Below, piece by piece: positions 8,506-17,141 of a DNA stretch of 23,588 bases; within the stretch, counting starts at the first letter, position 1; every line of letters starts with the position of its first letter. The translations under genes were made by a program, and so were the position numbers. The notes beneath the pieces were generated by a model that was not told where the DNA came from, made no database searches, and saw only the letters and a program-made list of their open reading frames with translations. This stretch comes from a virus: UHGV virus genome UHGV-1382276. The stretch is one strand, 5' to 3'.

Positions 8506-9146
8506 TTGTCGGTATACCTCTCTCGTTTGCTCAGTTGTTCAGGAATATGGTGCAGCAGCTCGCCATCACCACAGTAAATGGCGGCATGATTCGGCACCGA
8601 TGAACCAAAACAGCACAGCAGCACATCGCCCGGTTGTGCTGATGACAACGGCACCTGATACAGCCCTGTGGCCTCCAGATTATCCAGATAGAGATTCTGG
8701 CCGTTACGCCACCAGTCATCCTCACGATGAAAGTCCGGCATCTCAATCCCCGCCAGATGATAAGCATCCCGGAACAGTGTGTAACAGTCCGTCACACCGT
8801 GCTCAAAGCGCCGCCCGGTGAGATGCGGCACACAGCGGAACTTATGAATCGTCCCCCGGCAGACCAGCCACCACGGCAAATCACTCTGCACCTGCAGCCG
8901 CCGGTCGGCCTCACTCAGCCAGGGCAGACCACCGGGGTGGCTGTGGACCAGCGCCACAATCTCACCCTGCATTTCTGCCTGCAGCCAGTCTTCCGGCGAC
9001 ATACGGAAATACGCCTCCGGCTCACCGGAGATATTCACGCAGGGGAAATATCTTTCCCCCTCCGGCGTGCTTACCACGAAGCCGCACGACTCCGCTGGCG
9101 CACATCGCCGGGCGTGCGCCAGAATCGCTGATTCTGTCTGTGTCAT
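8403..9146 (-). CDS. K: Tail tip assembly protein K with JAMM/MPN metallopeptidase and NlpC/P60 domains; longest ORF is 247 aa, the conventional lambda start corresponds to Met49 (8403..9002)
   Basis: ORF track. HSHPGGLPWLSEAD (H-x-H-x7-S-x2-D) is encoded at 8904..8945, with a P-A-E-S-C-G motif ~49 residues upstream. The C-terminal half has NlpC/P60-like Cys (GVTDCYTLF) and His (NHAAIYCGDGELLHH). The rest matches lambda gpK. Confidence 0.8.
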   Translation of the reverse strand: MTQTESAILAHARRCAPAESCGFVVSTPEGERYFPCVNISGEPEAYFRMSPEDWLQAEMQGEIVALVHSHPGGLPWLSEADRRLQVQSDLPWWLVCRGTIHKFRCVPHLTGRRFEHGVTDCYTLFRDAYHLAGIEMPDFHREDDWWRNGQNLYLDNLEATGLYQVPLSSAQPGDVLLCCFGSSVPNHAAIYCGDGELLHHIPEQLSKRERYTDKWQRRTHSLWRHRAWRASAFTGIYNDLAAASTFV

Positions 9147-9151
9147 GGGAT

Positions 9152-9850
9152 TTACTGCGAAAGTTTGTTAATGGAAAGGAAGCCGCCAAAGTTGCCGACG
9201 TTATTGCGGAACTTACAACCGCTCAGGCATTTGCTGCATTTATCCTTCGTGATATCGGACGTTGGCTGGTCATATTCATCCGCGACAGCCGGACCGCTAT
9301 AACCGCACTCGTCACCGCGATAGGTCCAGGTGCAGGTGTTGGCCAGCATGATACGTCCCGGAAAAACAGCGCCATCCGTTTCCGTCGGCGTGGACAGTAC
9401 AAAGGAGGCACTCACCGCGCTCAGTTCGCTGCACTGCTCAATGCGCCAGCGGCTGATCACCTCCTGCTCCGGATCGGCATAACTGTTTCCGTTGACGAAG
9501 TTCACCGCATCCAGAAAACGGGCGTAAACCTTACGCCGGACCACCGTTCCGCCGACCAGACTCTGCATATCTTCCGCCATCCCGGTGACCATACCGTACA
9601 GGTTAGAAACCGTCAGCGTGGGGCGCGTACTGGTGCCTTTGCCATTCAGTTCAAAACCGCTCCCCTGAATGGGATACGGCTGATACTGTCGCCCCTGCCA
9701 GGTGACCGGCTCACCTTTTTCGTTCTGCTCATTACAGAAAAAATAACGTTCTCCACCGACCTCTGTCAGGTCGATTTCCCAGAGCACCACGCTGGCCGAC
9801 TGCTCCGCACGGGTGCATTCATTCAGTGTTTCCTGCCGGATATCCTGCAT
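9152..9850 (-). CDS. L: Tail tip assembly protein L, 232 aa
   Basis: ORF track. Length and sequence (MQDIRQETLNECTRAEQSASVVLWEIDLTEV...) match lambda gpL, with a C-terminal cysteine cluster. The start overlaps the M stop by 1 nt. Confidence 0.92.
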   Translation of the reverse strand: MQDIRQETLNECTRAEQSASVVLWEIDLTEVGGERYFFCNEQNEKGEPVTWQGRQYQPYPIQGSGFELNGKGTSTRPTLTVSNLYGMVTGMAEDMQSLVGGTVVRRKVYARFLDAVNFVNGNSYADPEQEVISRWRIEQCSELSAVSASFVLSTPTETDGAVFPGRIMLANTCTWTYRGDECGYSGPAVADEYDQPTSDITKDKCSKCLSGCKFRNNVGNFGGFLSINKLSQ

Positions 9851-10179
9851 CAGTTCACCACCTGTTCAAACTCTGCGCTGAACTCAACACGCAGCATACT
9901 GACCCGCGACGACCATTTTGCGCAGGTCACCTTTATCTGCCGCCACTCATAAGGCGGCGTCCACAGAAAGGATTTCCAGCCCCCGTGCTCTTCCAGAAAC
10001 GACTCCAGTACCGTGGCCTCCTCACGGGGGACAGAAAGCGTCACGCTGTACGTTTTCAGGTTGGCATTCAGCCCGGCAGGCGCTCGCTGAGAATAGCCAT
10101 CACCAAAGCGCACCTTTCTTACAGAAGGGACCGAAGCCACATCCATACCGGGTTTCACTTTCCAGCGGAAGGTCTTCAT
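9850..10179 (-). CDS. M: Tail assembly protein M, 109 aa
   Basis: ORF track. MKTFRWKVKPGMDVASVPSVRKVRFGDGYSQRAP... matches lambda gpM. ATGA overlap with the H stop. Confidence 0.92.
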   Translation of the reverse strand: MKTFRWKVKPGMDVASVPSVRKVRFGDGYSQRAPAGLNANLKTYSVTLSVPREEATVLESFLEEHGGWKSFLWTPPYEWRQIKVTCAKWSSRVSMLRVEFSAEFEQVVN

Positions 10180-12737
10180 CGTCCACCTCCGGAGAACAGG
10201 CCACCATCACGCATCTGTGTCTGAATTTCATCACGGGCACCCTTGCGGGCCATGTCATACACCGCCTTCAGAGCAGCCGGACCTATCTGCCCGTTCGTGC
10301 CGTCGTTGTTAATCACCACATGGTTATTCTGCTCAAACGTCCCGGACGCCTGCGACCGGCTGTCTGCCATGCTGCCCGGTGTACCGACATAACCGCCGGT
10401 GGCATAGCCGCGCATCAGCCGGTAAAGATTCCCCACGCCAATCCGGCTGGTTGCCTCCTTCGTGAAGACAAACTCACCACGGTGAACAATCCCCGCTGGC
10501 TCATATTTGCCGCCGGTTCCCGTAAATCCTCCGGTTGCAAAATGGAATTTCGCCGCAGCGGCCTGAATGGCTGTACCGCCTGACGCGGATGCGCCGCCAC
10601 CAACAGCCCCGCCAATGGCGCTGCCGATACTCCCGACAATCCCCACCATTGCCTGCTTAAGCAGAATTTCTGTCATCATGGACAGCACGGAACGGGTGAA
10701 GCTGCGCCAGTTCTGCTCACTGCCGGTCAGCATCGCCGCCATATTCTGTGCAATACCATCAAAGGTCTGCGTGGCTGCACTTTTTACCTGCGACATACTG
10801 TCCGTGGCGCTCTCTTCCCACTCACTCCAGCCGGACTTCAGGCCTGCCATCCAGTTCCCGCGAAGCTGGTCTTCAGCCGCCCAGGTCTTTTTCTGCTCTG
10901 ACATGACGTTATTCAGCGCCAGCGGATTATCGCCATACTGTTCCTTCAGGCGCTGTTCCGTGGCTTCCCGTTCTGCCTGCCGGTCAGTCAGCCCCCGGCT
11001 TTTCGCATCAATGGCGGCCCATTTTGCCCGTTGCTGCTGTGCGAATTTATCCGCCTGCTGCGCCAGCGCGTTCAGGCGCTCCTGATACGTAACCTTGTCG
11101 CCAAGTGCAGCCAGCTGGCGTTTGTACTCCAGCGTCTCATCTTTATGCGCCAGCAGGGATTTCTCCTGTGCAGACAGCTGGCGACGTTGCGCCGCCTCCT
11201 CCAGTACCGCGAACTGACTCTCCGCCTTCCACAAATCCCGGCGCTGCTGGCTGATTTTCTCATTTGCTCCGGCATGCTTCTCCAGCGTCCGGAGTTCTGC
11301 CTGAAGCGTCAGCAGGGCAGCATGAGCACTGTCTTCCTGACGATCGCCCGCAGACACCTTCACGCCGGACTGTTTCGGCTTTTTCAGCGTCGCTTCATAA
11401 TCCTTTTTCGCCGCCGCCATCAGCGTGTTGTAATCCGCCTGCAGGATTTTCCCGTCTTTCAGTGCCTTGTTCAGTTCTTCCTGACGGGCGGTATATTTCT
11501 CCAGCGGCGTCTGCAGCCGTTCGTAAGCCTTCTGCGCCTCTTCGGTATATTTCAGCCGTGACGCTTCGGTATCGCTCTGCTGCTGCGCATTTTTGTCCTG
11601 TTGACTCTGCTGCTCAGCCTTCTTTCGGGCGGCTTCAAGCGCAAGACGGGCCTTTTCACGATCATCCCAGTAACGCGCCCGCGCTTCATCGTTAACAAAA
11701 TAATCATCCTTGCGCAGATTCCAGATATCGTCCGCTTTCTTAAACGCGGCCTCTGCCTTAATCAGCATCTCCTGCGCGGTATCAGGACGACCAATATCCA
11801 GCACCGCATCCCACATGGATTTGAATGCCCGTGCTGTCCTGTCTGCCCAGGTTTCCAGCGTGCCCATGTTCTCTTTCAGGCGGCGGGTCTGGTCATCAAA
11901 CCCTTTCGTCGCGGCCTCGTTCGCCGCCTGCAATGCCCCGGCTTCTTCGCCGGAACGCTGCAACTGAGCAACATACGCAATCTGCTCCGCCGTCACGTTA
12001 TGGAACTGGCGCGCCATCGCTGTCAGCCCCGACGTCGGGTCAGTGGTCAGCTTCCCGAAGGCTTCAGCGACCTTGTCCACCTCCACGCCGGATGCAGAGG
12101 AGAAACGCGCCACACTCTGGCTGATGGACGCAATCTGAGCCTCACCGCTTACCCCCGCCTTAACCAGTGCGCTGAGTGACTCGCTGGTCTGGTTAAACGT
12201 CAGCCCTGCCGCCTGCCCGGCTCTGGACAGGACCAGCATACGATCTGCCGTCAGCCCGGCCTGATTGCCGGAAAGGACCAGCGTTTTGTTGAAATCGGAC
12301 AGGGTTGAGTTGCCCTGATACCAGGCATACGCCAGCGCACCGGTCGCCACCGCCAGCGAGGTGGCCCCCACCATCGGCAGGGTGATCGCACCGGCAAGCC
12401 CCCGGAACATGGGGATCATCCCGCCGAAGGAGTCCTTCACCTGACCCCCCTGTTGCAGCAGGATCAGCCACGGACTTTGCCCGCCTGCAAGCTGCGTGGC
12501 CACGTCAGTGAACTGCGCAGGCAGCATACGCATGGCGGCTTTATACTGCCCGACGGAAATTCCCGCTTTCTGTGCAGCCAGCGCCTGCCGGTTCATCGAC
12601 TGTTCAACGACTGCCGCTGTTTTTTTCGCATCACTTTCCGTACCGGAAAAATGACGCCTGACTCTGGCCATCTGCTCGTCAAATCTGGCCGCATCCAGAC
12701 TCAAATCAACGACCAGATCGCCTACCGGTTCAGCCAT
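10176..12737 (-). CDS. H: Tail tape measure protein H, 853 aa
   Basis: ORF track. Same length as lambda gpH; long alpha-helical, Ala/Gln/Glu-rich protein; position between the G-T chaperone genes and M. Confidence 0.93.
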   Translation of the reverse strand: MAEPVGDLVVDLSLDAARFDEQMARVRRHFSGTESDAKKTAAVVEQSMNRQALAAQKAGISVGQYKAAMRMLPAQFTDVATQLAGGQSPWLILLQQGGQVKDSFGGMIPMFRGLAGAITLPMVGATSLAVATGALAYAWYQGNSTLSDFNKTLVLSGNQAGLTADRMLVLSRAGQAAGLTFNQTSESLSALVKAGVSGEAQIASISQSVARFSSASGVEVDKVAEAFGKLTTDPTSGLTAMARQFHNVTAEQIAYVAQLQRSGEEAGALQAANEAATKGFDDQTRRLKENMGTLETWADRTARAFKSMWDAVLDIGRPDTAQEMLIKAEAAFKKADDIWNLRKDDYFVNDEARARYWDDREKARLALEAARKKAEQQSQQDKNAQQQSDTEASRLKYTEEAQKAYERLQTPLEKYTARQEELNKALKDGKILQADYNTLMAAAKKDYEATLKKPKQSGVKVSAGDRQEDSAHAALLTLQAELRTLEKHAGANEKISQQRRDLWKAESQFAVLEEAAQRRQLSAQEKSLLAHKDETLEYKRQLAALGDKVTYQERLNALAQQADKFAQQQRAKWAAIDAKSRGLTDRQAEREATEQRLKEQYGDNPLALNNVMSEQKKTWAAEDQLRGNWMAGLKSGWSEWEESATDSMSQVKSAATQTFDGIAQNMAAMLTGSEQNWRSFTRSVLSMMTEILLKQAMVGIVGSIGSAIGGAVGGGASASGGTAIQAAAAKFHFATGGFTGTGGKYEPAGIVHRGEFVFTKEATSRIGVGNLYRLMRGYATGGYVGTPGSMADSRSQASGTFEQNNHVVINNDGTNGQIGPAALKAVYDMARKGARDEIQTQMRDGGLFSGGGR

Positions 12738-13164
12738 ACCGGACTCCTCCTGCGATCCCTTCTGATACTGTCATCAGCATTACGTCATCCTCCGTCATGT
12801 CCGCCACATCCGGGGAAGTAGGGATAACTTCATTCCCGTCCGGGCCAAAGCGGACACCTCCGGCAAGCCCTGCCGCTTTCTGCATCAGCACATCATCTTC
12901 AGGCTCTTCGTCAGCCTCACGCCGGTTCAGCAAACTGAAATCCAGCGGATGCATATCCGGATCGCTGAAAAACAGGCTGAGCACGGTGTACGTCAGCCCG
13001 GAAAAGTGCATATCCAGCAGAACATCATGAAAATAATGGGTACTGTAAAAGCGGTGCCAGTCGGCATACTCCGTGGATGACATCCCGGCAAGCATGGCAC
13101 GCCAGTCGGGTCGCCCCATCTCACGCGCCAGTTTCAGGGCAAAACTCAGCTCACCGTCGAACAC
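12730..13164 (-). CDS. T: T reading frame (-1 frame relative to G), expressed as the C-terminal part of the G-T fusion chaperone
   Basis: ORF track. Begins at the GTG within the slippery site; VFDGELSFALKLAREMGRPDW... matches lambda gpT; overlaps the H start by 8 nt. Confidence 0.85.
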   Translation of the reverse strand: MFDGELSFALKLAREMGRPDWRAMLAGMSSTEYADWHRFYSTHYFHDVLLDMHFSGLTYTVLSLFFSDPDMHPLDFSLLNRREADEEPEDDVLMQKAAGLAGGVRFGPDGNEVIPTSPDVADMTEDDVMLMTVSEGIAGGVRYG

Positions 13165-13568
13165 TTTCCCGCAGAAACAGGCTCTGCGGGCCCGGCGTCC
13201 TCTGTCTGTTCAGGGGCATTATTCACCACAAACTCATACATACCAGACAGCCGGTACACCACGTTTTCAGCATGAGAAATTGCCTCCGTGGGCCAGGTGG
13301 TAAGCACTTCCTGCTCAATCTGTTTAACGGCTTCATTCATGGACGGCATCTGCGTCTTCTGCGGATGGTTATGCCACAGGGACATCGCCACCAGAAACGC
13401 GCCGGTTCTGATGGCGTCTTCCACAGTAAACTTCCGGTTGCTGTCTGACTCCGCCTGTTCTGCCTGCCGTTTCATCAGGGCGAGATGCTCAATACGCTGC
13501 AGGGCTGACAGTTCAGAAAGCGTGACGGTCACACCGTTATGTTCAAATGATTCGGTTTTCAGGAACAT
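13146..13568 (-). CDS. G: Tail assembly chaperone G, 140 aa
   Basis: ORF track. Matches lambda gpG in length and sequence, ending ...PVSAGKCSTVS. Confidence 0.92.
   Translation of the reverse strand: MFLKTESFEHNGVTVTLSELSALQRIEHLALMKRQAEQAESDSNRKFTVEDAIRTGAFLVAMSLWHNHPQKTQMPSMNEAVKQIEQEVLTTWPTEAISHAENVVYRLSGMYEFVVNNAPEQTEDAGPAEPVSAGKCSTVS
13164..13170 (-). other. Programmed -1 ribosomal frameshift slippery heptamer G GGA AAG (G to G-T)
   Basis: Reverse complement of 13164..13170 (ctttccc) is GGGAAAG, positioned as G|GGA|AAG in the G frame 5 codons before the G stop. A -1 shift continues into the T frame. This is the classical lambda G-T site. Confidence 0.85.
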
Positions 13569-13583
13569 CGCTGACTCTCCGGA

Positions 13584-14324
13584 TTAACTGGCGGTGACGT
13601 TGATTTCTGCAACCGCAGCAAACTCACCATTACCGGATACGACCGGAATGTTGACCTTGCCTGCAGCAACACCTTTCACGGTGATGGTCATACCACTGAC
13701 CGACACGGTGGCTTTTGTTTTATCCGCAGACACCGCACGGAAGCTCTTGTCGGTTGCGCCCTCCGGCTGGAATGCCACGGTCAGCGTGGTGCTCTGCCCT
13801 TTCACTACGGAAGCACTGGCGGGTGTCACCGTCATGCCGGTTGTCGCCGTCACCGTGCTGCGATCTTCTGCCATCGACGGACGTCCCACATTGGTGACTT
13901 TCACCGTGCGGGTGATCACTTCCTTCGCCGTCACCGCCTTACCGATACTGCTGACCCAGCCACGGAACACATCGACCGTGCCGTTCGGGAAGCGGATTTT
14001 ATAGGCACGGGTATCGCCTTCATTAAACCACGCCAGCAGCGCCTGCTGCCCCTGCTCTCCGGGCATCCACGCCAGCGTGAAGCTGGTATCTCCGGCAGAT
14101 TTCTGCCCCTGCCCGGTCGCAGTCCAGTCTGCATCTTCATCATCGAGATAGCTGTCGTCATAGGACTCAGCGGTCAGTTCGCCGGGCGTCAGGTCTTTAA
14201 CTTTTGCCAGACGCGACCAGTCAACGTCTGAAAGCGGATTCGCATAAGGGTCACCGCTCCCCTTATAAACCCACAGGGTGGTCCCGGCACCTTTCACCGG
14301 CATTGTAGGATTTGGTACAGGCAT
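13584..14324 (-). CDS. V: Major tail tube protein V, 246 aa, with C-terminal Ig-like domain
   Basis: The ORF track ORF (13584..14354) contains [27 protein letters not shown]..., the lambda gpV N-terminus. I chose the start at the Met giving 246 aa; the 10 upstream codons are probably not translated. Confidence 0.9.
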   Translation of the reverse strand: MPVPNPTMPVKGAGTTLWVYKGSGDPYANPLSDVDWSRLAKVKDLTPGELTAESYDDSYLDDEDADWTATGQGQKSAGDTSFTLAWMPGEQGQQALLAWFNEGDTRAYKIRFPNGTVDVFRGWVSSIGKAVTAKEVITRTVKVTNVGRPSMAEDRSTVTATTGMTVTPASASVVKGQSTTLTVAFQPEGATDKSFRAVSADKTKATVSVSGMTITVKGVAAGKVNIPVVSGNGEFAAVAEINVTAS

Positions 14325-14331
14325 AGCGTCC

Positions 14332-14727
14332 TCACATTTCATAGGTAATGACATAAGTCAGATCGGCTGAACTCCACAGGCCCGCATCATCGTCGCGCCG
14401 GTAGTCATAGCCGCTGGCCACCATACTGGTGATCAAATCTGACAGTGCCGGGATATCGCTCATCACCGGATAAATCCGGGACTCCATCCACGCATCCAGC
14501 TCTGAATCCGGCACCTGAGCAGGCAGGAAAACTTCAATATGCAGCTCCGCCTGCCAGGTATCGCTGTCCAGCTCTTCGCCCGTGTATTCAGCGCCGGTGA
14601 GATAAACGGCAATTGCCGGAAAATCCGCCTCATCAAAAACAGCGGGGCGACCATCAAAAAGCGTCGCCCCGGTGTCATGCTTCTCCAGTGCATCCAGTAC
14701 GGCTGCACGGAGTTCAGTATGTTTCAT
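14332..14727 (-). CDS. U: Tail terminator protein U, 131 aa
   Basis: ORF track. Matches lambda gpU; ATGA overlap with the Z stop. Confidence 0.92.
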   Translation of the reverse strand: MKHTELRAAVLDALEKHDTGATLFDGRPAVFDEADFPAIAVYLTGAEYTGEELDSDTWQAELHIEVFLPAQVPDSELDAWMESRIYPVMSDIPALSDLITSMVASGYDYRRDDDAGLWSSADLTYVITYEM

Positions 14728-15302
14728 CGCTTTATTACCATTCTCAGTTGATGCTGCAGCGCATAGCCCAGCTCTTTCGGAAGACGTTCACGCCGTATCC
14801 GTTCAATATTCTGTTTAAACGCCGTGGTAAGCGGCACCGCCATCGGGATTTTCACCACATCAATGGGGTAACGGTTTTTCCCGGCCACACGCTGCATGAC
14901 ATGCCACCGGCCATTTTTCAGTTGCTGAATAAACGCGCCGGGAATACGACGGTTTCCCACCACAAGCACGCTGCCGCCACCTTTCAGGGATGAACGCTGC
15001 CCCTTTTTACGACGTCTGCGGCGGGAAAGGACAACCCGCGCGTTACCCAGCTTGATTACGGGCAAATCCCCCCGGTTAACCCTGATTCTGGCCTGCGGAT
15101 TTTTGACCGTGGCCCTTTTCAGCCTGGCCCTTTCCTTTACCAGTTTCCGGCGTACCTTTGTCTCACGGGCAACCTGTGACGCAGACTGCGATATCGCGGA
15201 TGACGCAACGCGGTTAATGGCCATTGCGGCGGCACCAGGCACCGCCGTTTTGCTGATACGGCTGAGGTTTTCAACGGCCTGCTCAAGACCTTTTATGGCC
15301 AT
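14724..15302 (-). CDS. Z: Tail completion protein Z, 192 aa
   Basis: ORF track. Matches lambda gpZ in length and sequence. Confidence 0.92.
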   Translation of the reverse strand: MAIKGLEQAVENLSRISKTAVPGAAAMAINRVASSAISQSASQVARETKVRRKLVKERARLKRATVKNPQARIRVNRGDLPVIKLGNARVVLSRRRRRKKGQRSSLKGGGSVLVVGNRRIPGAFIQQLKNGRWHVMQRVAGKNRYPIDVVKIPMAVPLTTAFKQNIERIRRERLPKELGYALQHQLRMVIKR

Positions 15303-15313
15303 ACATCCCCCTT

Positions 15314-15667
15314 TCAGCGGCGACGGTTAACGGCAGGCGGCACGCCACGCCCAAGCCAGAGATGACAGCTTCCGCCATCATCCGGCGAAATCCGGTCCAC
15401 CCAGAAGTTTTCCTCGCCGATGGTCAGTGTGTCTCCACGCCGCAGCTGCCGCACATCATCAGTCCGGACAAACAGGGACGGGCTGGAGCCTTCAACGCGC
15501 ACCCCCTGTCCGGCATAGCTGATATTTTCAGGGTCATCAAAAACACCACGTATCACAGCACCGGACAGCTCACCGGATGTCATGGTGGCTGACGTTCCCA
15601 TGTACCCGCGTATCGTTTCATCGGCGCGGGCAATGGCAGCATCGAACAGGTTATCGGAATCAGCCAC
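15314..15667 (-). CDS. FII: Head-tail joining protein FII, 117 aa
   Basis: ORF track. Matches lambda gpFII. Confidence 0.92.
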   Translation of the reverse strand: MADSDNLFDAAIARADETIRGYMGTSATMTSGELSGAVIRGVFDDPENISYAGQGVRVEGSSPSLFVRTDDVRQLRRGDTLTIGEENFWVDRISPDDGGSCHLWLGRGVPPAVNRRR

Positions 15668-15678
15668 AGCGCCTCCCG

Positions 15679-16074
15679 TTATTGCATTCTGGCCAGGCCA
15701 TGTTCTGTCATTTCGGCTGCCACACCGGCAGAGACACGAAACGCCGTTCCCGGCAGCACAAATGCCACAGGCTCATCCCGCGTGGCGTGAAGTGCATCAG
15801 TATGCAGCGTCACCAGTGCCACGACCGTGACCAGAGCAGCCGTATCAATCACGGTATCCGGCTGCGCTGATACCACCTCATTTTCATGTCCGGTCAGCGC
15901 ATTTTCCGGGCTGACAGATGTGTCCTGACCGGCAGCGTCATCCGTGTCATCAAGCTCCTCTTCCAGCTCTGCCACACGGAGCACCAGTTCTTCTTTCGTC
16001 CCCGTCAGGCTGACATCACGGTTCAGTTGCTCACCCAGCACCTGAAGACGGGCAATCAGTTCATCTTTCGTCAT
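15679..16074 (-). CDS. FI: Head assembly / DNA packaging accessory protein FI, 131 aa
   Basis: The ORF track ORF (15679..16113) contains MTKDELIARLQVLGEQLNRDVSLTGTKEEL..., lambda-like gpFI. The start is placed at that Met, with GGAGG 5-9 nt upstream. Confidence 0.88.
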   Translation of the reverse strand: MTKDELIARLQVLGEQLNRDVSLTGTKEELVLRVAELEEELDDTDDAAGQDTSVSPENALTGHENEVVSAQPDTVIDTAALVTVVALVTLHTDALHATRDEPVAFVLPGTAFRVSAGVAAEMTEHGLARMQ

Positions 16075-16115
16075 GGACTCCTCCACAGAGAGAAAATGGC
16101 CCCGAAGGGCCATGA

Positions 16116-17141
16116 TTACGCCAGTTGTACGGACACGAACGCATCAGGGTCAGCCAGCAGCATCAGCGGTGCTGACTGAATCATGGTGAACTCACGCGCC
16201 GGATCGCCGGTGGTCACCCAGTTTTTCGGGTAGCGGGCAGAGGCGTTAATACCTTCGCGCTGTGCGTCCGCATCCTGAATGCAGCCATAGGTGCGCAGAC
16301 CGCGTGCCTGAGTGTTCCCCAGCACCATCGTGTTGTCCGGCAGGAAGTTCTTTTTGACGTCGTTTTCCACGTACTGTCCGGAATACACGACGATCGCCGT
16401 ATCGCCATACATCCCCTTATAGGACACCGCTTCGCCCAGGTCTTTTACCGCTGTCTCCAGCTCGGAATTAGAGCCGCGACGGGTATCCAGCTTCTCCTTG
16501 ACGGCTTTGAAGGAACGGAACAGCGCCCAGCCTTTCGGATCAAACACGATGATATTCACCACGCCGCTGGCGTTCAGCGCGTAGGCTTCGATATCGTCGG
16601 TCGGGTCATACGTGGACTTGTCACGCTTGCTCCACTCCGTGCCGCCGGACTGCGTGATGTTATTCTCCTCACTGCGGCCCATATCCACCTCAACCGGATC
16701 GAAGGCTTCACCGGTCATGGTGTATTTGCCCTTGAGCACGGCAGAAACTGCCTGCATCTCTTCGACCTGAGCAATGGCCAGCTCTTCGTCACGCATGTTC
16801 TGCAGGATGATGCGACGGCGGCGGTAAGCCGGGTCCGCCAGATTCTGCGGATCTTCATCCGGCAGGCGACGCAGGGTCATCTGCGGATTCACCTCATGCT
16901 TCGGCTTGACATAACCCGGCGTAAATTCAGAGGTGGAGCCGCCACGGGAACGGATAACCTCACCGGAAACAATTGGCGAAACGTACAGCGCCATGTTTAC
17001 CAGTCCAGGAATTTGTGAGAGATAGACTTTCTCCGTGGTGAAGGGATAGCTCTCACGGAAAAAGAGACGCAGAAACAGCGGATCAAACTTAAATTTCTGC
17101 TCATTTGCCGCCAGCAGCTGGGCGGTTGTGTACATCGACAT
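16116..17141 (-). CDS. E: Major capsid protein E, 341 aa
   Basis: The ORF track ORF (16116..17168) contains MSMYTTAQLLAANEQKFKFDPLFLRLFFRESYPF..., matching lambda gpE. The start is placed at that Met, giving 341 aa. Confidence 0.93.
   Translation of the reverse strand: MSMYTTAQLLAANEQKFKFDPLFLRLFFRESYPFTTEKVYLSQIPGLVNMALYVSPIVSGEVIRSRGGSTSEFTPGYVKPKHEVNPQMTLRRLPDEDPQNLADPAYRRRRIILQNMRDEELAIAQVEEMQAVSAVLKGKYTMTGEAFDPVEVDMGRSEENNITQSGGTEWSKRDKSTYDPTDDIEAYALNASGVVNIIVFDPKGWALFRSFKAVKEKLDTRRGSNSELETAVKDLGEAVSYKGMYGDTAIVVYSGQYVENDVKKNFLPDNTMVLGNTQARGLRTYGCIQDADAQREGINASARYPKNWVTTGDPAREFTMIQSAPLMLLADPDAFVSVQLA

Noticed and set aside
9140-9952. 270-aa plus-strand ORF antisense to L/M, and similar antisense ORFs within H, V, A and B (for example 10567..11085, 11031..11561, 11601..12179, 13594..14004, 18181..18672, 20006..20446, 20934..21410)
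   Set aside because: All are antisense to or out of frame with genes whose products match lambda proteins end to end. None has a convincing start context or recognisable motifs.
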